Positions 44,760 to 55,781 of a stretch of DNA of 55,993 nt are shown here, one piece after another; the first letter of the stretch is position 1; each line of letters starts with the position of its first letter. The position numbers and the translations under genes were made by a program. Source of the stretch: Eubacteriales bacterium (GTDB taxonomy: Bacteria; Bacillota; Clostridia; Oscillospirales; CAG-272); the NCBI GenBank assembly GCA_050946195.1, contig JBMNUI010000004.1, positions 1 through 55,993 of the forward strand, read 5' to 3'. Below the pieces are notes generated by a model. It did not search any database. It was not told the origin of the DNA and saw only the letters and a list, made by a program, of their open reading frames with translations.

Positions 44760-46146
44760 CGGTGTCCACCTTTGAGGGAGTTTTATCGCCGCCGTAGTAT
44801 GTCAGCTGCAGGCCGCCCTCTTGGGTCAGGGTTCCGTCGCGAAGGGCGACGCCGGGTATCCAGAGCACGCCTGCGCTATCGCAGACTACAGGCAGAAGGT
44901 ATCTTTCGCAGAGCGGCAGCCCTGTTTCCCAGAGCAGCTTGCGGACCTTTCTTGTCATGCCGCGGTACCTCACCGTGTCACCCGGCAGAAGGCTCCGAGC
45001 CACAAGCGGCCCGCTGGCCAAGAGCCTGACGCTCTCACGAAATGTGAGATTCCGAGGGAACTCTGCCGGCTGTCGGCCGGAGGTTGTCAGTGTTATTGCC
45101 CCTGAAGGCAACAGGTTCAGCCCCTCGGCAAGCGGTACTGCAAAGGACTCGAACATAAGGCGCCGGCGCGGGTCGGTGGTAAATTTAAGGCAGCCGCCCT
45201 CTATTTTGGCGCGGATTCTACCGGGGAGCGAGAGCGCCGAGCCGGAAATTCCTTTTTGCAGAAGCCCCGAGAGGGCATGAACATGGACCTCCTCAAGCTC
45301 CCGGCCCGAAGCGGCGGCATAAAGCTTCGAGAGCACACAGTGCCTCACCGCCCCGGGCAGGCTGTTGAGCTCGCCGACCTGTATGCTGTCACCCGATGAG
45401 CGCGAGAGAAATTTGTCGGCCTCGCTCTCAATAAACTCCCGGGCCTCTCGCGCCGCCAGAATCAGCCGCGCCGAGTTTTCGCGGATATTCGGGTTGAGCT
45501 CCTCGAGCGCCGGGATTATTTTGTGCCGGATGAGGTTTCGCGAGCAGTCTGTCTTTTGGTTGGTAGAATCGGTTACATAGGCAAGGTTATTATCTTCACA
45601 ATAGCGTATGATGTCGCTTTTGGTCGCACAAAGCAGCGGCCGGATAATCAGGCCGTCGCCGAAGGGCCGTACCGGCGGAATCGAGCAGAGCCCGCGCAGC
45701 CCGCAGCCCCGCGCGATGTTGAAAATCAGGGTCTCAAGCCGGTCATCGGCATTGTGGGCGGTGGCCAGCAGGGGAATGCCCCGCTTTTGCATTATCGACC
45801 TGAAAAAACTGTATCTTACAAGCCGCGCCTCGGTTTCAAGGCTGGTTTTGTGTTTTCTCGCCAGCGCCGGGACGTCGGCGTCAAGCACCTCGCATTCAAT
45901 ATCGTACTCGGCGGCGGTTCTGATACAGAACTCGCGGTCGCGCAGGGCTTCCTCGCCGCGGATTTTGTGGTTGACATGCGCCGCCACAAGGGGCGCTTTG
46001 TGCTCGTTTGAGTATTGAGACAGTAAATGAAGTAAAGCACGCGAGTCGGCGCCGCCCGAGAAGGCAAGCAGAATAGGGGTTGATTCGGGCAGGCCGCTTA
46101 ATTCGTGAGGCGGTGTAAATCTGATACCGGTTTTATTTTTATCCAT
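44749..46146 (-). CDS. tilS: tRNA(Ile)-lysidine synthase
   Basis: AFSGGADS, HVNH, AR..RY, TAHNADD..ET, IRPLL, DSTN..RN.IRH. Confidence 0.95.
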   Translation of the reverse strand: MDKNKTGIRFTPPHELSGLPESTPILLAFSGGADSRALLHLLSQYSNEHKAPLVAAHVNHKIRGEEALRDREFCIRTAAEYDIECEVLDADVPALARKHKTSLETEARLVRYSFFRSIMQKRGIPLLATAHNADDRLETLIFNIARGCGLRGLCSIPPVRPFGDGLIIRPLLCATKSDIIRYCEDNNLAYVTDSTNQKTDCSRNLIRHKIIPALEELNPNIRENSARLILAAREAREFIESEADKFLSRSSGDSIQVGELNSLPGAVRHCVLSKLYAAASGRELEEVHVHALSGLLQKGISGSALSLPGRIRAKIEGGCLKFTTDPRRRLMFESFAVPLAEGLNLLPSGAITLTTSGRQPAEFPRNLTFRESVRLLASGPLVARSLLPGDTVRYRGMTRKVRKLLWETGLPLCERYLLPVVCDSAGVLWIPGVALRDGTLTQEGGLQLTYYGGDKTPSKVDTDEQ

Positions 46147-46201
46147 TTTGATTTCTTTTTAAAAAATGCCCTTTCAGGAGGGTAAGCAGACCAAAGGCAG
46201 G

Positions 46202-47545
46202 TCATTGTTCGCCGTATTCGGTGGCGATCGACCGGTATTTGGTGTATTGTCCCAACCAGCCCATGCGGACCGTGCTGGTCATGCCGTGGCGGTTTTTGGC
46301 TACGATTACCTCGACGATATTCCCGCCGCTGTCCTCGGGCCCTTTGTCCCGATTGTAATAATCGTCGCGGTAGAGGAAGATGACGACGTCGGCGTCCTGC
46401 TCGATTGCTCCCGAGTCGCGCAGGTCGGCAAGCACCGGCTTTTTGTCTTGTCTTGATTCGGGGCTTCGGGAGAGCTGTGCGCAGCAGATTACCGGGACGC
46501 CGAGGTCTTTGGCCATCAGCTTCATATTACGGGTGATTTCGGCGACCTCCTGAACCCTGTTGTCGGTACGCCGCTCGCCCTGCATGAGCTGCAAATAATC
46601 TATTATGACAAGCCCGAGGTTGCTGACCCGCCGCAGCTTGGCCTTCATTGCGGTGGCGGTCATCCCCGAGGTGTCGTCTATAAGGATATCCATGCCGGCA
46701 AGCTTTGCGGCCGCCTCGGCCACCTTGATCCAATCTTCGGAACTCAGCCTGCCGGTGCGCAGGGTGTAGCTGTCGATCATGGCCTCGCTTGATATCATGC
46801 GGTTTACAAGCTGCTCTGCCGACATTTCAAGCGAGAAGATGCAAACAGTCTTTTTTGTTTTGGAGGCGACATTCGTGGCGATATTGAGCACAAAGCTGGT
46901 TTTTCCCATACCGGGGCGCGAGCCGATAAGAATCAGGTCGCCCTCTCCCATGCCGATCAGCACCTTGTCAAGCCCTGAAAAACCGGTCGGAATACCCAGC
47001 GCCGATTTGTCGCCCTCGTAGAGCCTGTTTAAGTTTGTATAAACCTCGCCGAGGACGTCCCTGATATGCCGAAAGCCGCGGGTATCCCGTCCCTGCGCTA
47101 TCTGGAATAATTTGTTCTGTGCATTATCTATAATATGTGTTACCGAGTCCTGTTCCGAATATGCGGTGGCGCTGATTTCTTCGCAGGTCGCGATCAGCTG
47201 CCGCAGCACGCTCTTTTCCTTGATAATGCGTGCGTAATCCTTTATGTTCTGGGAGCCCGGAACAACCTGGCCGATGGTGTGTATATAATCCTCGCCGCCC
47301 GAACGGTTGTAGATGCCCTTTTTGACCAGCATGTCAACCAGGGTCACGATGTCGATGTCATTGTCGGTCATGAACAATTCGTGCATGGCAAGGTATATGT
47401 GCCGGTGCTCTTCTATGTAGAAATCGTCCGCGGTTATGATGTCTGCCACCAGCCGGATAGACTCGGGGTCTATCAGTATCGCGCCGAGCAGCGACTGCTC
47501 GGCTATCATCGAGAACGGCAGCTTTCTTGTCAACTCATCGTTCAT
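46202..47545 (-). CDS. dnaB: Replicative DNA helicase
   Basis: AEQSLLG, RPGMGKT, FSLEMS, IIDYLQLM, QLSR, DLRDSGAIEQDAD, KNRHG. Confidence 0.97.
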   Translation of the reverse strand: MNDELTRKLPFSMIAEQSLLGAILIDPESIRLVADIITADDFYIEEHRHIYLAMHELFMTDNDIDIVTLVDMLVKKGIYNRSGGEDYIHTIGQVVPGSQNIKDYARIIKEKSVLRQLIATCEEISATAYSEQDSVTHIIDNAQNKLFQIAQGRDTRGFRHIRDVLGEVYTNLNRLYEGDKSALGIPTGFSGLDKVLIGMGEGDLILIGSRPGMGKTSFVLNIATNVASKTKKTVCIFSLEMSAEQLVNRMISSEAMIDSYTLRTGRLSSEDWIKVAEAAAKLAGMDILIDDTSGMTATAMKAKLRRVSNLGLVIIDYLQLMQGERRTDNRVQEVAEITRNMKLMAKDLGVPVICCAQLSRSPESRQDKKPVLADLRDSGAIEQDADVVIFLYRDDYYNRDKGPEDSGGNIVEVIVAKNRHGMTSTVRMGWLGQYTKYRSIATEYGEQ

Positions 47546-47580
47546 GACTAATCCCTTTTTAGTTGCGTGCCCGGCCGAGC

Positions 47581-48027
47581 CTATTTCTCACATACAAGGA
47601 TGTTTATCTTCCCGGTAATTTCGGGGTACAGCTTTACGTCAAGAGTGTAGTTCCCGTATGCCTTTATCGGCTCGGTGACGATTATCTTCCGGCGGTCGAT
47701 TTCAATCCCGAAGTCGCGCAAAAGCGCGTCGGCGACATCCTTTGAGGTGACCGAGCCGTAGAGCCGGCCGTCTGCCCCGGCGCTCATTTTGATTCTTACC
47801 AAAAGGCCCGAGATTTTCTCGGCAATAGCCTCGGCTTCGGCACGCTCGGCCTCAAGGCGGCGCTGCTTTGCTTCCTCGCGGTTTTTCAGGTCGGTGAGTG
47901 CCTTCTTGTCTGCCGGTATGGCAAGCCCCCGCGGGATAAGATAGTTGCGCGCATAGCCGTCGGCAACCTCGATTACCTGGTCCTTTTTGCCAAGAGACCT
48001 GACATCCGATTTAAGTATTACCTTCAT
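47581..48027 (-). CDS. rplI: 50S ribosomal protein L9
   Basis: [12 protein letters not shown]...[19 protein letters not shown]; RBS AAAGGA. Confidence 0.97.
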   Translation of the reverse strand: MKVILKSDVRSLGKKDQVIEVADGYARNYLIPRGLAIPADKKALTDLKNREEAKQRRLEAERAEAEAIAEKISGLLVRIKMSAGADGRLYGSVTSKDVADALLRDFGIEIDRRKIIVTEPIKAYGNYTLDVKLYPEITGKINILVCEK

Positions 48028-48071
48028 AACAATCATTCCTTTCTTGCGACAATAGTGCCGCCGGCAGCCGG

Positions 48072-50141
48072 TCAGCCGTTGTCGAGATATTCATCGATTG
48101 CATTGGTAAGCAGCTGGTAGGCATATTCCATGGTACCTTTGACCTGCGCCGCCGCGGCGTTGAAGTGCCCGCCGCCCTTGAGCTTTTCAAGGATAAGCTG
48201 GACGTTTATTTTGCCCGACGAGCGCGCCGAAATGCGGATTTCGTCGTTTACGCTGACCATCGCAAAGGCGGCGTCCACCTGGCGGATGGTAAGCAGCTTG
48301 TCTGCCACCTTTGAGGCGGCGGTGCGGTCCTGCTCGGCGTTACCTGTCCCGACGCTGCGGGTTATCGCAATGTTTCCGCGGTAGAGTTCAATATCGTTGC
48401 TGAACTTGGCCTCGGCGAGATAGTCCGAGATATCTTCCTCGAAGAACTGCCGCACGACCTCGGACTTTGCGCCCTCGCTCTGCAGGTAAAGCGCCGCCGC
48501 GAAGGTGCGGGTTCCGGTGTCCTTTGTGAAGAACTTGGTGTCGAGCATGAGGCCGGCGTACATGGCGTTGGCTTCGTCCTTCAGAAGAATTGTGCCGGCC
48601 GGCAGCGACTGCTCGAGTATCTCGGCCAAAAGCTCGCAGGTCGAGGAGGCCGCCGGGTCGATATAATTTACAAGCGGCTCGAAGTCGAACTGCTCGGTCT
48701 GGCGGTGGTGGTCGATGATTGCAATCCTGTCTACGCTGTCGGCGATGTCGGGTGCTTCTATTATATTGAAGTTGTTGGCGTCGCAGATAACCAGCAGGGT
48801 GTCGGGTTTGACAAGGTCAAGCCCCGAGAGCGGGTCGGTGAACATATCGGTATACTCGCTGTTGCGGAGCAGCCGCTCGGCGATGATGCGGAAGTTGTCG
48901 CTTTTTTCGTCCATGACGATTTTCACCGGCACGCCGCAGAAAATACAAAGCCGCGCAATGCCCACGCAGGCGCCGATCGAGTCGAAGTCGGGGTTTTTGT
49001 GCCCCATGACAAGCACGTTTGAGGATTCGGAAATCCTGGCGCAGAGTACCGCGGCGTTTACGCGCGAGCGCACGCGGGTGCGCTTCTGCATACCCTTTGA
49101 GCGCCCGCCGAAAATTTCGGTTTCGTTCCCGTATTGGATCACCACCTGGTCGCCCCCGCGCTGAAGCGCCAGGTCAAGGGCGAGCATGGCTTCGTTTTCG
49201 CGCTCGGAGAGCGGCCCGGTTCCGGTAGATATGCCCATTGAGACGGTTACCGACATGCTGTCGTCGCCCAGCCGGACATTGCGGATTGAGTCGAGTATCT
49301 CGAATTTGTTCTTTATGCACTCGTCGAGTATTTCCCGGGTGATAATCAGAAGGTAGCGGTTGCGGTCGTACTCGCGGAGCAGACCTTTCATGCTGGCCGC
49401 CCAGTTTTTCAATATGGTGTCGATTTCATTTGCGGCCGAGCGGTAGCTGACCCGCACGTACTGCGCCAGCTCCTCAAGGTTGTCGAGCATGATAAAGGCA
49501 ACGACCGTATTCTCGCGCTTCATTTTCTCGCGCAGCTCGACCAGCGCGGTTATCTCGGTAAAGACAATCATATAGCAGCGGGTTCCGCTGACCATCATGG
49601 GATAGCCCCGCGCCATAAAACGCCGGCGGCGTATGCCGATTATCCTGCCCTCGCCGGGGTTGGCATATTCGGTTTTGCCGCTTTGAATATCGAGCGAGAG
49701 CTGCCCGTCGGGCTCGCTCGCCTTGATAATTTCCTCGGCCGAAACGCCGCAGATTTCTTCAAGCATCTCCCCGGTGGCCTGCCTGCCGAGGATGTCCTCG
49801 AGCGCACGGTTTATTATGGTCACCCAGCCTTCGGCGGTGACGATGGCATAGGGGAGGTCTATGGTCTCGCGGAACATCTGGTATATCTCGGTGTTGTAGG
49901 CGGCGGCGCGCTCCTCCTCAAGCGCGATTTTCCTCAGCCTGTTGCGCACCCCGAGGAATGTGATGACTGCAGTATATATATAAACAAATGTCAGGATTAT
50001 GCCGACCAGCGATGGCGGTAGCGCGGTAAACGAAACTACAATTGTGTAGGCAAGAAGCAAAACAATACCGATGATCACACAGACCACAAGCGGTATTCTG
50101 ACATCCGCCGATGACGCGGGTTTTGACCGGTTCTTTTTCAA
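48072..50141 (-). CDS. gdpP: Cyclic-di-AMP phosphodiesterase GdpP (YybT; DHH/DHHA1)
   Basis: Two TM, PAS-like region, degenerate GGDEF (RGGDQ), [26 protein letters not shown]; upstream of rplI-dnaB. Confidence 0.93.
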   Translation of the reverse strand: MKKNRSKPASSADVRIPLVVCVIIGIVLLLAYTIVVSFTALPPSLVGIILTFVYIYTAVITFLGVRNRLRKIALEEERAAAYNTEIYQMFRETIDLPYAIVTAEGWVTIINRALEDILGRQATGEMLEEICGVSAEEIIKASEPDGQLSLDIQSGKTEYANPGEGRIIGIRRRRFMARGYPMMVSGTRCYMIVFTEITALVELREKMKRENTVVAFIMLDNLEELAQYVRVSYRSAANEIDTILKNWAASMKGLLREYDRNRYLLIITREILDECIKNKFEILDSIRNVRLGDDSMSVTVSMGISTGTGPLSERENEAMLALDLALQRGGDQVVIQYGNETEIFGGRSKGMQKRTRVRSRVNAAVLCARISESSNVLVMGHKNPDFDSIGACVGIARLCIFCGVPVKIVMDEKSDNFRIIAERLLRNSEYTDMFTDPLSGLDLVKPDTLLVICDANNFNIIEAPDIADSVDRIAIIDHHRQTEQFDFEPLVNYIDPAASSTCELLAEILEQSLPAGTILLKDEANAMYAGLMLDTKFFTKDTGTRTFAAALYLQSEGAKSEVVRQFFEEDISDYLAEAKFSNDIELYRGNIAITRSVGTGNAEQDRTAASKVADKLLTIRQVDAAFAMVSVNDEIRISARSSGKINVQLILEKLKGGGHFNAAAAQVKGTMEYAYQLLTNAIDEYLDNG

Positions 50142-50322
50142 AGCCTACCTCCTTGCAGTATCAGTCGAAGTGACCGGCAGCCGGCCGGAGCCTGACAACA
50201 TCCTGTTTTAGTATTATTTCAAAGTCGTGTGTAAAGTATTTAAACGTGATTGTTGCATGGCAAAAGGTTAAAATCCCGACTGTTTGCCCCCTTCCGCGGA
50301 CCCTTGAATCCGACCGTACGTT

Positions 50323-50351
50323 ATTATAACATATAAGTGTGGAAATGTAAA
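50323..50351 (-). promoter_or_regulatory. sigma-A promoter of the gdpP operon
   Basis: TTTACA-N17-TATAAT with extended TG. Confidence 0.65.
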
Positions 50352-50435
50352 CACTATTTATCGAATGAAATGTGGCGCCGGCGGGAAGGGAAGGTGAGGT
50401 ACCGGACATAAAAAGTTAACTTCATTTTTAATTAA

Positions 50436-50735
50436 ATATTTATTGACTTTGGCGGGCGTAATCAAGAGCTTTATGATGAAGAATTTTTTAAGTCGGGTTT
50501 TATTCTTATAACAGTGTTTACTGAAGGCTATCTTGGTGCCATGTATGACATAACTGTTTATTCGTGTGATAACGTTACAATACAAATCAATAAGATTCAA
50601 ACATCTCCAACATTATCGGATTTGAGGTCTGGCATATTGTTTAGTCCTGCAATGGAACGCCACATTGCATATAATGTTATTCAGGTACCGTATAATAATC
50701 AGGTTGTACAATATATTCAGACACAATTACCTTAA
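50436..50735 (+). pseudogene. AT-rich 5'-truncated gene remnant
   Basis: 99-codon open frame after a TAA (IFIDFGGRNQELYDEEFFKSGFILITVFTEG...) without a good RBS or start; followed by hairpin TACCCCGGT...ACCGGGGTA at 50762-50790. Confidence 0.5.
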
Positions 50736-50813
50736 ATTATTAAATGAAAAAGTTTAATGCATACCCCGGTTATTCATGCGTACCGGGGTACGCAAAAAAA
50801 TATAGAAAAGCTA

Positions 50814-50842
50814 TTGCATTTTCATTTCGGGTATGATATAAT
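50814..50842 (+). promoter_or_regulatory. sigma-A promoter of the rimP-nusA-infB operon
   Basis: TTGCAT-N17-TATAAT with extended TG. Confidence 0.75.
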
Positions 50843-50865
50843 AACCGCAAGTATTACGGTTTGCG

Positions 50866-50894
50866 TTGAGAGTGGGTTTTTGGCCCACTCTCAA
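50866..50894 (+). promoter_or_regulatory. rimP (ylxS) leader hairpin / NusA-responsive attenuator
   Basis: TTGAGAGTGGG-N7-CCCACTCTCAA, the GAGTGGG/CCCACTC stem conserved upstream of Firmicutes ylxS. Confidence 0.7.
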
Positions 50895-50945
50895 TTGTCG
50901 AGAGGGGAGTGCTCCCCGGTCCGACAAAACGCAGAGGGAAAGAAG

Positions 50946-51425
50946 ATGAACAACCGTAAGAATATCGCCGGCCGGGTGGCCGAGCTTATTGCGCCGGCCG
51001 CTGTGGAGGCCGGACTTGTCCTGTGGGACGTTGAATTTGTCCGCGAGGGTGCGCGGCAGGTGCTGCGCGTCACCATAGATTCGCCCGAGGGTATTAGAAT
51101 CGACGACTGCGAGCGGTTTCACCGCATAATAGACCCGCTGCTCGATTCGGCAGACCCGATAGAGGGCAGATATTACCTTGAGGTCAGCTCGCCGGGAATC
51201 GAGCGGGAGCTTAAGACCGGGGCTCATTTTGAAGCCTGTGCCGGCTGCGAGGTGGAGGTAAAGCTCTACGCGCCCGACAAAACCGGTAAAAAGACCCACC
51301 GCGGCAAACTGGCCGGGCTTGTGGACGGCAGGATACTGCTCGACACGCCCGAGGGGCGGATTGAGGTCGACCGGGGTGCTGCCGCCCGGGTGCGCACCGT
51401 GTTTGCTTTTGATGACGACAAGTAA
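50946..51425 (+). CDS. rimP: Ribosome maturation factor RimP
   Basis: LWDVEFVREG, LRVTID...I.IDDCE, LD..DPI...YYLEVSSPGIEREL. Confidence 0.95.
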   Translation: MNNRKNIAGRVAELIAPAAVEAGLVLWDVEFVREGARQVLRVTIDSPEGIRIDDCERFHRIIDPLLDSADPIEGRYYLEVSSPGIERELKTGAHFEACAGCEVEVKLYAPDKTGKKTHRGKLAGLVDGRILLDTPEGRIEVDRGAAARVRTVFAFDDDK

Positions 51426-51465
51426 TAGATATAACAGAGGAGAGGTATTGAAAGGAACAACCGCG

Positions 51466-52488
51466 ATGAACAAGGATTTTTTTGCGGCGCTCGACCTGCT
51501 TGAAAGGGAAAAGGGAATTCCGAAGGAATATATGATCGAAAAAATCGAAGCGGCGCTCATGTCGGCTTATAAAAAGGAATACGGCAACAACACCAACGTG
51601 CGCATACTTATAGACCCCGAGAAGGAGGAAATCAAGGTCTTTCAGCAGAAGGAGGTTGTCGAGGAGGTAACAAACCCGGAGACCCAGATATCGCTTGAGG
51701 ACGCAAGGCAGATAAGCAAGCGCTACACTGTGGGCAGCATAGTCGAGACAGAGATAAAAACCAAGAACTTCAGGCGGCTTTCGGCGGCGCAGGCAAAATC
51801 GGTCATAATCCAGAGCATACGCGAGGGCGAACGCCGCGCAATGCAGCAGGCCTATGAGAACAAGCGCGAGGAGATAATTACCGCCACGTTGACAAGGGTC
51901 GATCCGGTAACCGGCAACGCGGTGCTCGAAATCGGAACCGGACAGGCGGTTCTGCTGAAAAGCGAGCAGATACCCGGCGAGATCTTACGCGTGGGCGATA
52001 AGATAAAGGTGTTCATATCAGAGGTGAACAAAGAGGCAAGAGGGCCGCTTATCACCCTCTCCCGGGTTCACCCCGGGCTTGTCCGCCGCATGTTTGAGCT
52101 TGAGATACCCGAAATTCAGGACGGAATCGTGATTATCAAGGGAGTTGCGCGCGAGGCCGGCTCAAGGACCAAAATATCGGTCATGTCGCGCGACGAGGAC
52201 GTCGACCCGGTTGGAGCCTGCATCGGCCCGCACGGGATGAGAATTGCCGGGATTGTCGACGAGCTGTGCGGCGAGAAGATAGATATTGTCAAATACAGTG
52301 ATATTCCGGAGGAATATATAGCCTCGGCACTCGCCCCGGCCTCGGTCGAGGCGGTGACCCTGACCGGCGAGCGGTCCTGCAGAGTTACCGTCAGCCCCGA
52401 CCAGCTTTCGCTGGCTATTGGCAAGGAGGGGCAGAATGCCCGGCTTGCCGCGTGGCTGACCGGTTATAAAATAGATATAAAGGCGTAA
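51466..52488 (+). CDS. nusA: Transcription termination/antitermination factor NusA
   Basis: LEREKGI, S1 and KH domains, REAGSRTK, DPVGACIG, LSLAIGKEGQNARLAA. Confidence 0.97.
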   Translation: MNKDFFAALDLLEREKGIPKEYMIEKIEAALMSAYKKEYGNNTNVRILIDPEKEEIKVFQQKEVVEEVTNPETQISLEDARQISKRYTVGSIVETEIKTKNFRRLSAAQAKSVIIQSIREGERRAMQQAYENKREEIITATLTRVDPVTGNAVLEIGTGQAVLLKSEQIPGEILRVGDKIKVFISEVNKEARGPLITLSRVHPGLVRRMFELEIPEIQDGIVIIKGVAREAGSRTKISVMSRDEDVDPVGACIGPHGMRIAGIVDELCGEKIDIVKYSDIPEEYIASALAPASVEAVTLTGERSCRVTVSPDQLSLAIGKEGQNARLAAWLTGYKIDIKA

Positions 52489-52498
52489 CGTCAAAACT

Positions 52499-52786
52499 AT
52501 GGAGCAGAAGAAAAAAAAGAAAATTCCCGAACGCCAGTGCCTCGGATGCAACGAGCACAAGCCCAAGCGCGAACTGCTCCGGGTGGTGCGCACCCCCGAA
52601 GGGGAGGTCATGCTCGACTTTACCGGCAGGAAAAACGGGCGCGGGGCGTACATCTGTCATGATATCAAGTGCCTGAAGAAGGCAAGAAAGTCAAAGCGGC
52701 TTGACCGCAGCCTCGGCTGCGAGGTGCCCGAGGAAGTTTACAACGCAATGGAAGCCGAGCTTGCCCGAAATGGAGAAGCAGACTGA
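52499..52786 (+). CDS. ylxR: YlxR / RNase P modulator RnpM
   Basis: KKIPERQCLGC...KRELLRVVR..G....D.TG...GRGAYIC. Confidence 0.93.
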   Translation: MEQKKKKKIPERQCLGCNEHKPKRELLRVVRTPEGEVMLDFTGRKNGRGAYICHDIKCLKKARKSKRLDRSLGCEVPEEVYNAMEAELARNGEAD

Positions 52787-53120
52787 AAAAAACAGCCGGT
52801 TGCTCTTGACTCTCGGCCTCTGCGCCCGCGCCGGCGCCCTGATTTACGGCACAGAGCAGATTTGTACAGCCTTACGGCGTGGCAGGGGCGCTCCGCTTCT
52901 GGTGGTTGAAGCATCCGACACCTCGGCAAACACCCGCAAAAAACTAACCGGCAAATGCAAATACTATAAAGTCAGACACACAGTAATCCCGCACGGTATG
53001 GCGGCGCTCGGCAGGGCGCTCGGCAGGTCTGAAGTGGCGGCGGTCGGAATTACCGACCCGCAGCTATGCAGGGCAGTAGAAAAACAGTTTGACAGACAGT
53101 GCGACTCAGACGAAGGATAA
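52770..53120 (+). CDS. ylxQ: L7Ae/L30e family RNA-binding protein YlxQ
   Basis: [22 protein letters not shown]...A.VGITD; conserved position in the operon. Confidence 0.88.
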   Translation: MEKQTEKNSRLLLTLGLCARAGALIYGTEQICTALRRGRGAPLLVVEASDTSANTRKKLTGKCKYYKVRHTVIPHGMAALGRALGRSEVAAVGITDPQLCRAVEKQFDRQCDSDEG

Positions 53121-53136
53121 ATCCAGGAGGAAATAT

Positions 53137-55665
53137 ATGGCACTACCGCAATATAAAATCAATCAGCTTGCAAAGGACCTCGGTATCAAAACCAAGGAGA
53201 TTACCGGCATTCTCAAAGAGAAGGGAATAGAGGTAAGAGTACAGAAAGTGCTTGAGCCCTTTGAGTTTGACATTCTCTTTGAGGCACTAACTAGGGCATA
53301 TCAGATAAAAAATATAGAAGACTATATTGACGGGATCACATATATTCCTTCAAAAATCGTCAAGGAGCACGAGTCGCGCAAATCACAAAAGCGCACCGAG
53401 GCAAAATCTGTCCAGACGGCCGAGAAGCAAAAGCAGGCCGGGCAGCCGAAAGAGCAGCAAAAGGTTGCAGAACAGAAGCCGGCAGAGCCAAAACTGCCAG
53501 GGAAAAAGCCGGCGGAGCAGCCGAAAACTGCCGAATCCCAAAAAGGCGCAGAACGGAAAACCGCGCCGCAGCCTAAAAAGCCGCAGGAGGGTCGGCCTGC
53601 TGCCCAGGCACAACAGCAGACACAGGCTCAGAAAAAAGAGAAAGAGCGCAAGGAAGCCTCCAAAGAGAAATTCCGGCCCCAGCCGATTGTCCGCAAGCAG
53701 GCCGCAAGTCCCGAGAGGCAGGCCAAAAAGCGCATAATTGATACCAGAGGCATGACCATAGACCTCTCAAAGTATGACGACCGCTTTGAGACAATCGCAC
53801 CCGAGTCGGTCCGCGACATGCGCGGCGGCAGCGAAAAGGTCAAGCGCAGCAAGGCGGCAAGCCAGCCGGTAAAGGGGCAGAAGATTGTCCCGAAAAAGGC
53901 CGAGCCGATAAAGAAGCAGCCGGTGCATGTCTCGATACCAGACGAAATCCGGGTGGGCGAGCTTGCCTCAAGGCTGAAGGTGACGGCAAGCGAGGTCATA
54001 AAGCGGCTTATGATAATGGGAGTCATGGTCACCGTCAACGAATATATAGACTATGACACGGCATATCTTGTCTCCGTCGACCTGGGCGCCGAGGTAACCC
54101 GGGAAGTTGTGGTTACAATCGAGGATAAACTGTTTGAGGAGGAGCAGGACGGGGAGGAGGACCTGCAGCCGCGTGCGCCGGTGGTCTGTGTCATGGGGCA
54201 TGTCGACCACGGCAAGACCTCGCTGCTCGACGCCATGCGCCACTCCAACGTGACCGCCGCGGAGGCCGGCGGAATTACCCAGCATATAGGCGCCTACCGT
54301 GTTAAGGTCAATGGGCGGGAAATCACCTTCCTTGACACGCCGGGACATGAAGCCTTCACGGAAATGCGTGCCCGCGGCGCCATGGCAACCGACATAGCCA
54401 TACTTGTGGTCGCCGCCGACGACGGTATCATGCCTCAGACCGTCGAGGCAATAAACCACGCCAAGGCCGCCGGAGTCGATATTATCGTCGCCATAAACAA
54501 AATCGACAAGCCCACCGCAAACCCCGACCGGGTCATCAAGGAGCTGACCAAATATGACCTGGTTCCCGAAGCCTGGGGCGGCGACGTCATCTGCGTGCCG
54601 GTCTCGGCCCTCACGGGGCAGGGAATCAACGACCTGCTCGAGAGCATCCTGCTGATGGCTGACATCAAGGAGTTCAAGGCCAACCCCAATCGCCGGGCAA
54701 AGGGAATTGTTATTGAAGCCAAGCTTGACAAGGGCAGGGGTCCGGTGGCAACCCTTCTTGTTCAGAACGGGACGCTTCACACCGGCGACGTGGTAATTGC
54801 CGGAACGGCGGTCGGCCGTGTCCGCCTGATGACCGACCATAAAGGCAAGGTTATAAAGGCGGCTACCTCGTCTATGCCGGTTGAGATCACCGGGCTTTCG
54901 GAAGTCCCGTCGGCGGGTGACACCTTCAATGCCGTCGAGGACGAAAAGATGGCCAGGACCCTAGCCGAAAAGCGCCGTGCCGAGGCAAAGGAGGAAGCCT
55001 TCAAGGCAAATGCCCGCGCCAACTTAAATGACCTCTTTGCTCAGATTTCCGAAGGTGTCAAGACCCTCAATATCATAGTCAAGGCCGACGTCGACGGCTC
55101 TGCCGAGGCGGTCAAGGCCGCCCTTGAGAAGATTTCGAACGAAGAAGTCAAGGTCAAGGTCATCCATTCGGCAGTCGGCGGAATCACCGAGGGCGACGTC
55201 ACCTTTGCCGCGGCTTCGAACGCCATTATCATCGGGTTTAATGTCCGGCCCGACAAGCCGGCGCTCGACTCTGCCGCGCGTCAGGGCGTTGAAATTCGGA
55301 CCTATCGCGTGATATACGACTGCATCGAGGAAGTAACGGCTGCCATGAAGGGCATGCTCGCACCCAAATACAGGGAGAACCTGCTCGGGCATGCCGAGGT
55401 CAGGCAGGCTATCCGCGTTCCGAATGTCGGGATAATAGCCGGCTCGTATGTTCAGGACGGCAAAGTTACCCGCAACTCGCTTATCCGGGTGCTGCGGGGC
55501 GGGGTGGTTATCTTCGAGGACAAGATCGCGTCGCTCAAGCGCTTCAAGGACGACGTCCGCGAGGTTGCGGCCGGCTACGAATGCGGAATCGGGCTTGAAA
55601 AATTTAGCGACATCAAGGTCGGAGACATACTCGAAGCGTATATTATGGAAGAAATACAGGAATAA
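53137..55665 (+). CDS. infB: Translation initiation factor IF-2
   Basis: [48 protein letters not shown]; RBS AGGAGG. Confidence 0.98.
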   Translation: MALPQYKINQLAKDLGIKTKEITGILKEKGIEVRVQKVLEPFEFDILFEALTRAYQIKNIEDYIDGITYIPSKIVKEHESRKSQKRTEAKSVQTAEKQKQAGQPKEQQKVAEQKPAEPKLPGKKPAEQPKTAESQKGAERKTAPQPKKPQEGRPAAQAQQQTQAQKKEKERKEASKEKFRPQPIVRKQAASPERQAKKRIIDTRGMTIDLSKYDDRFETIAPESVRDMRGGSEKVKRSKAASQPVKGQKIVPKKAEPIKKQPVHVSIPDEIRVGELASRLKVTASEVIKRLMIMGVMVTVNEYIDYDTAYLVSVDLGAEVTREVVVTIEDKLFEEEQDGEEDLQPRAPVVCVMGHVDHGKTSLLDAMRHSNVTAAEAGGITQHIGAYRVKVNGREITFLDTPGHEAFTEMRARGAMATDIAILVVAADDGIMPQTVEAINHAKAAGVDIIVAINKIDKPTANPDRVIKELTKYDLVPEAWGGDVICVPVSALTGQGINDLLESILLMADIKEFKANPNRRAKGIVIEAKLDKGRGPVATLLVQNGTLHTGDVVIAGTAVGRVRLMTDHKGKVIKAATSSMPVEITGLSEVPSAGDTFNAVEDEKMARTLAEKRRAEAKEEAFKANARANLNDLFAQISEGVKTLNIIVKADVDGSAEAVKAALEKISNEEVKVKVIHSAVGGITEGDVTFAAASNAIIIGFNVRPDKPALDSAARQGVEIRTYRVIYDCIEEVTAAMKGMLAPKYRENLLGHAEVRQAIRVPNVGIIAGSYVQDGKVTRNSLIRVLRGGVVIFEDKIASLKRFKDDVREVAAGYECGIGLEKFSDIKVGDILEAYIMEEIQE

Positions 55666-55674
55666 TGGAATATA

Positions 55675-55704
55675 AAACCTCCGGGGCAGAGCTCCGGAGG
55701 TTTT
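55675..55704 (+). terminator. Intrinsic terminator after infB
   Basis: AAAACCTCCGG...CCGGAGGTTTTT. Confidence 0.82.
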
Positions 55705-55752
55705 TCCGGCTTTCGGAATTTGTGTAAAATAAAATATATTTACTCATCATTA

Positions 55753-55781
55753 TTGACAAAAATGATTGCATGTGGTATCAT
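55753..55781 (+). promoter_or_regulatory. sigma-A promoter for a unit extending beyond the window
   Basis: TTGACA-N17-TATCAT with extended TG, embedded in a 14-bp direct repeat. Confidence 0.6.

Noticed and set aside
50757-50945. Long N-terminal extensions of rimP (and of nusA, ylxQ and infB) in the ORF track
   Set aside because: They run through promoter/leader or upstream genes; downstream ATGs have RBSs and match family N-termini.
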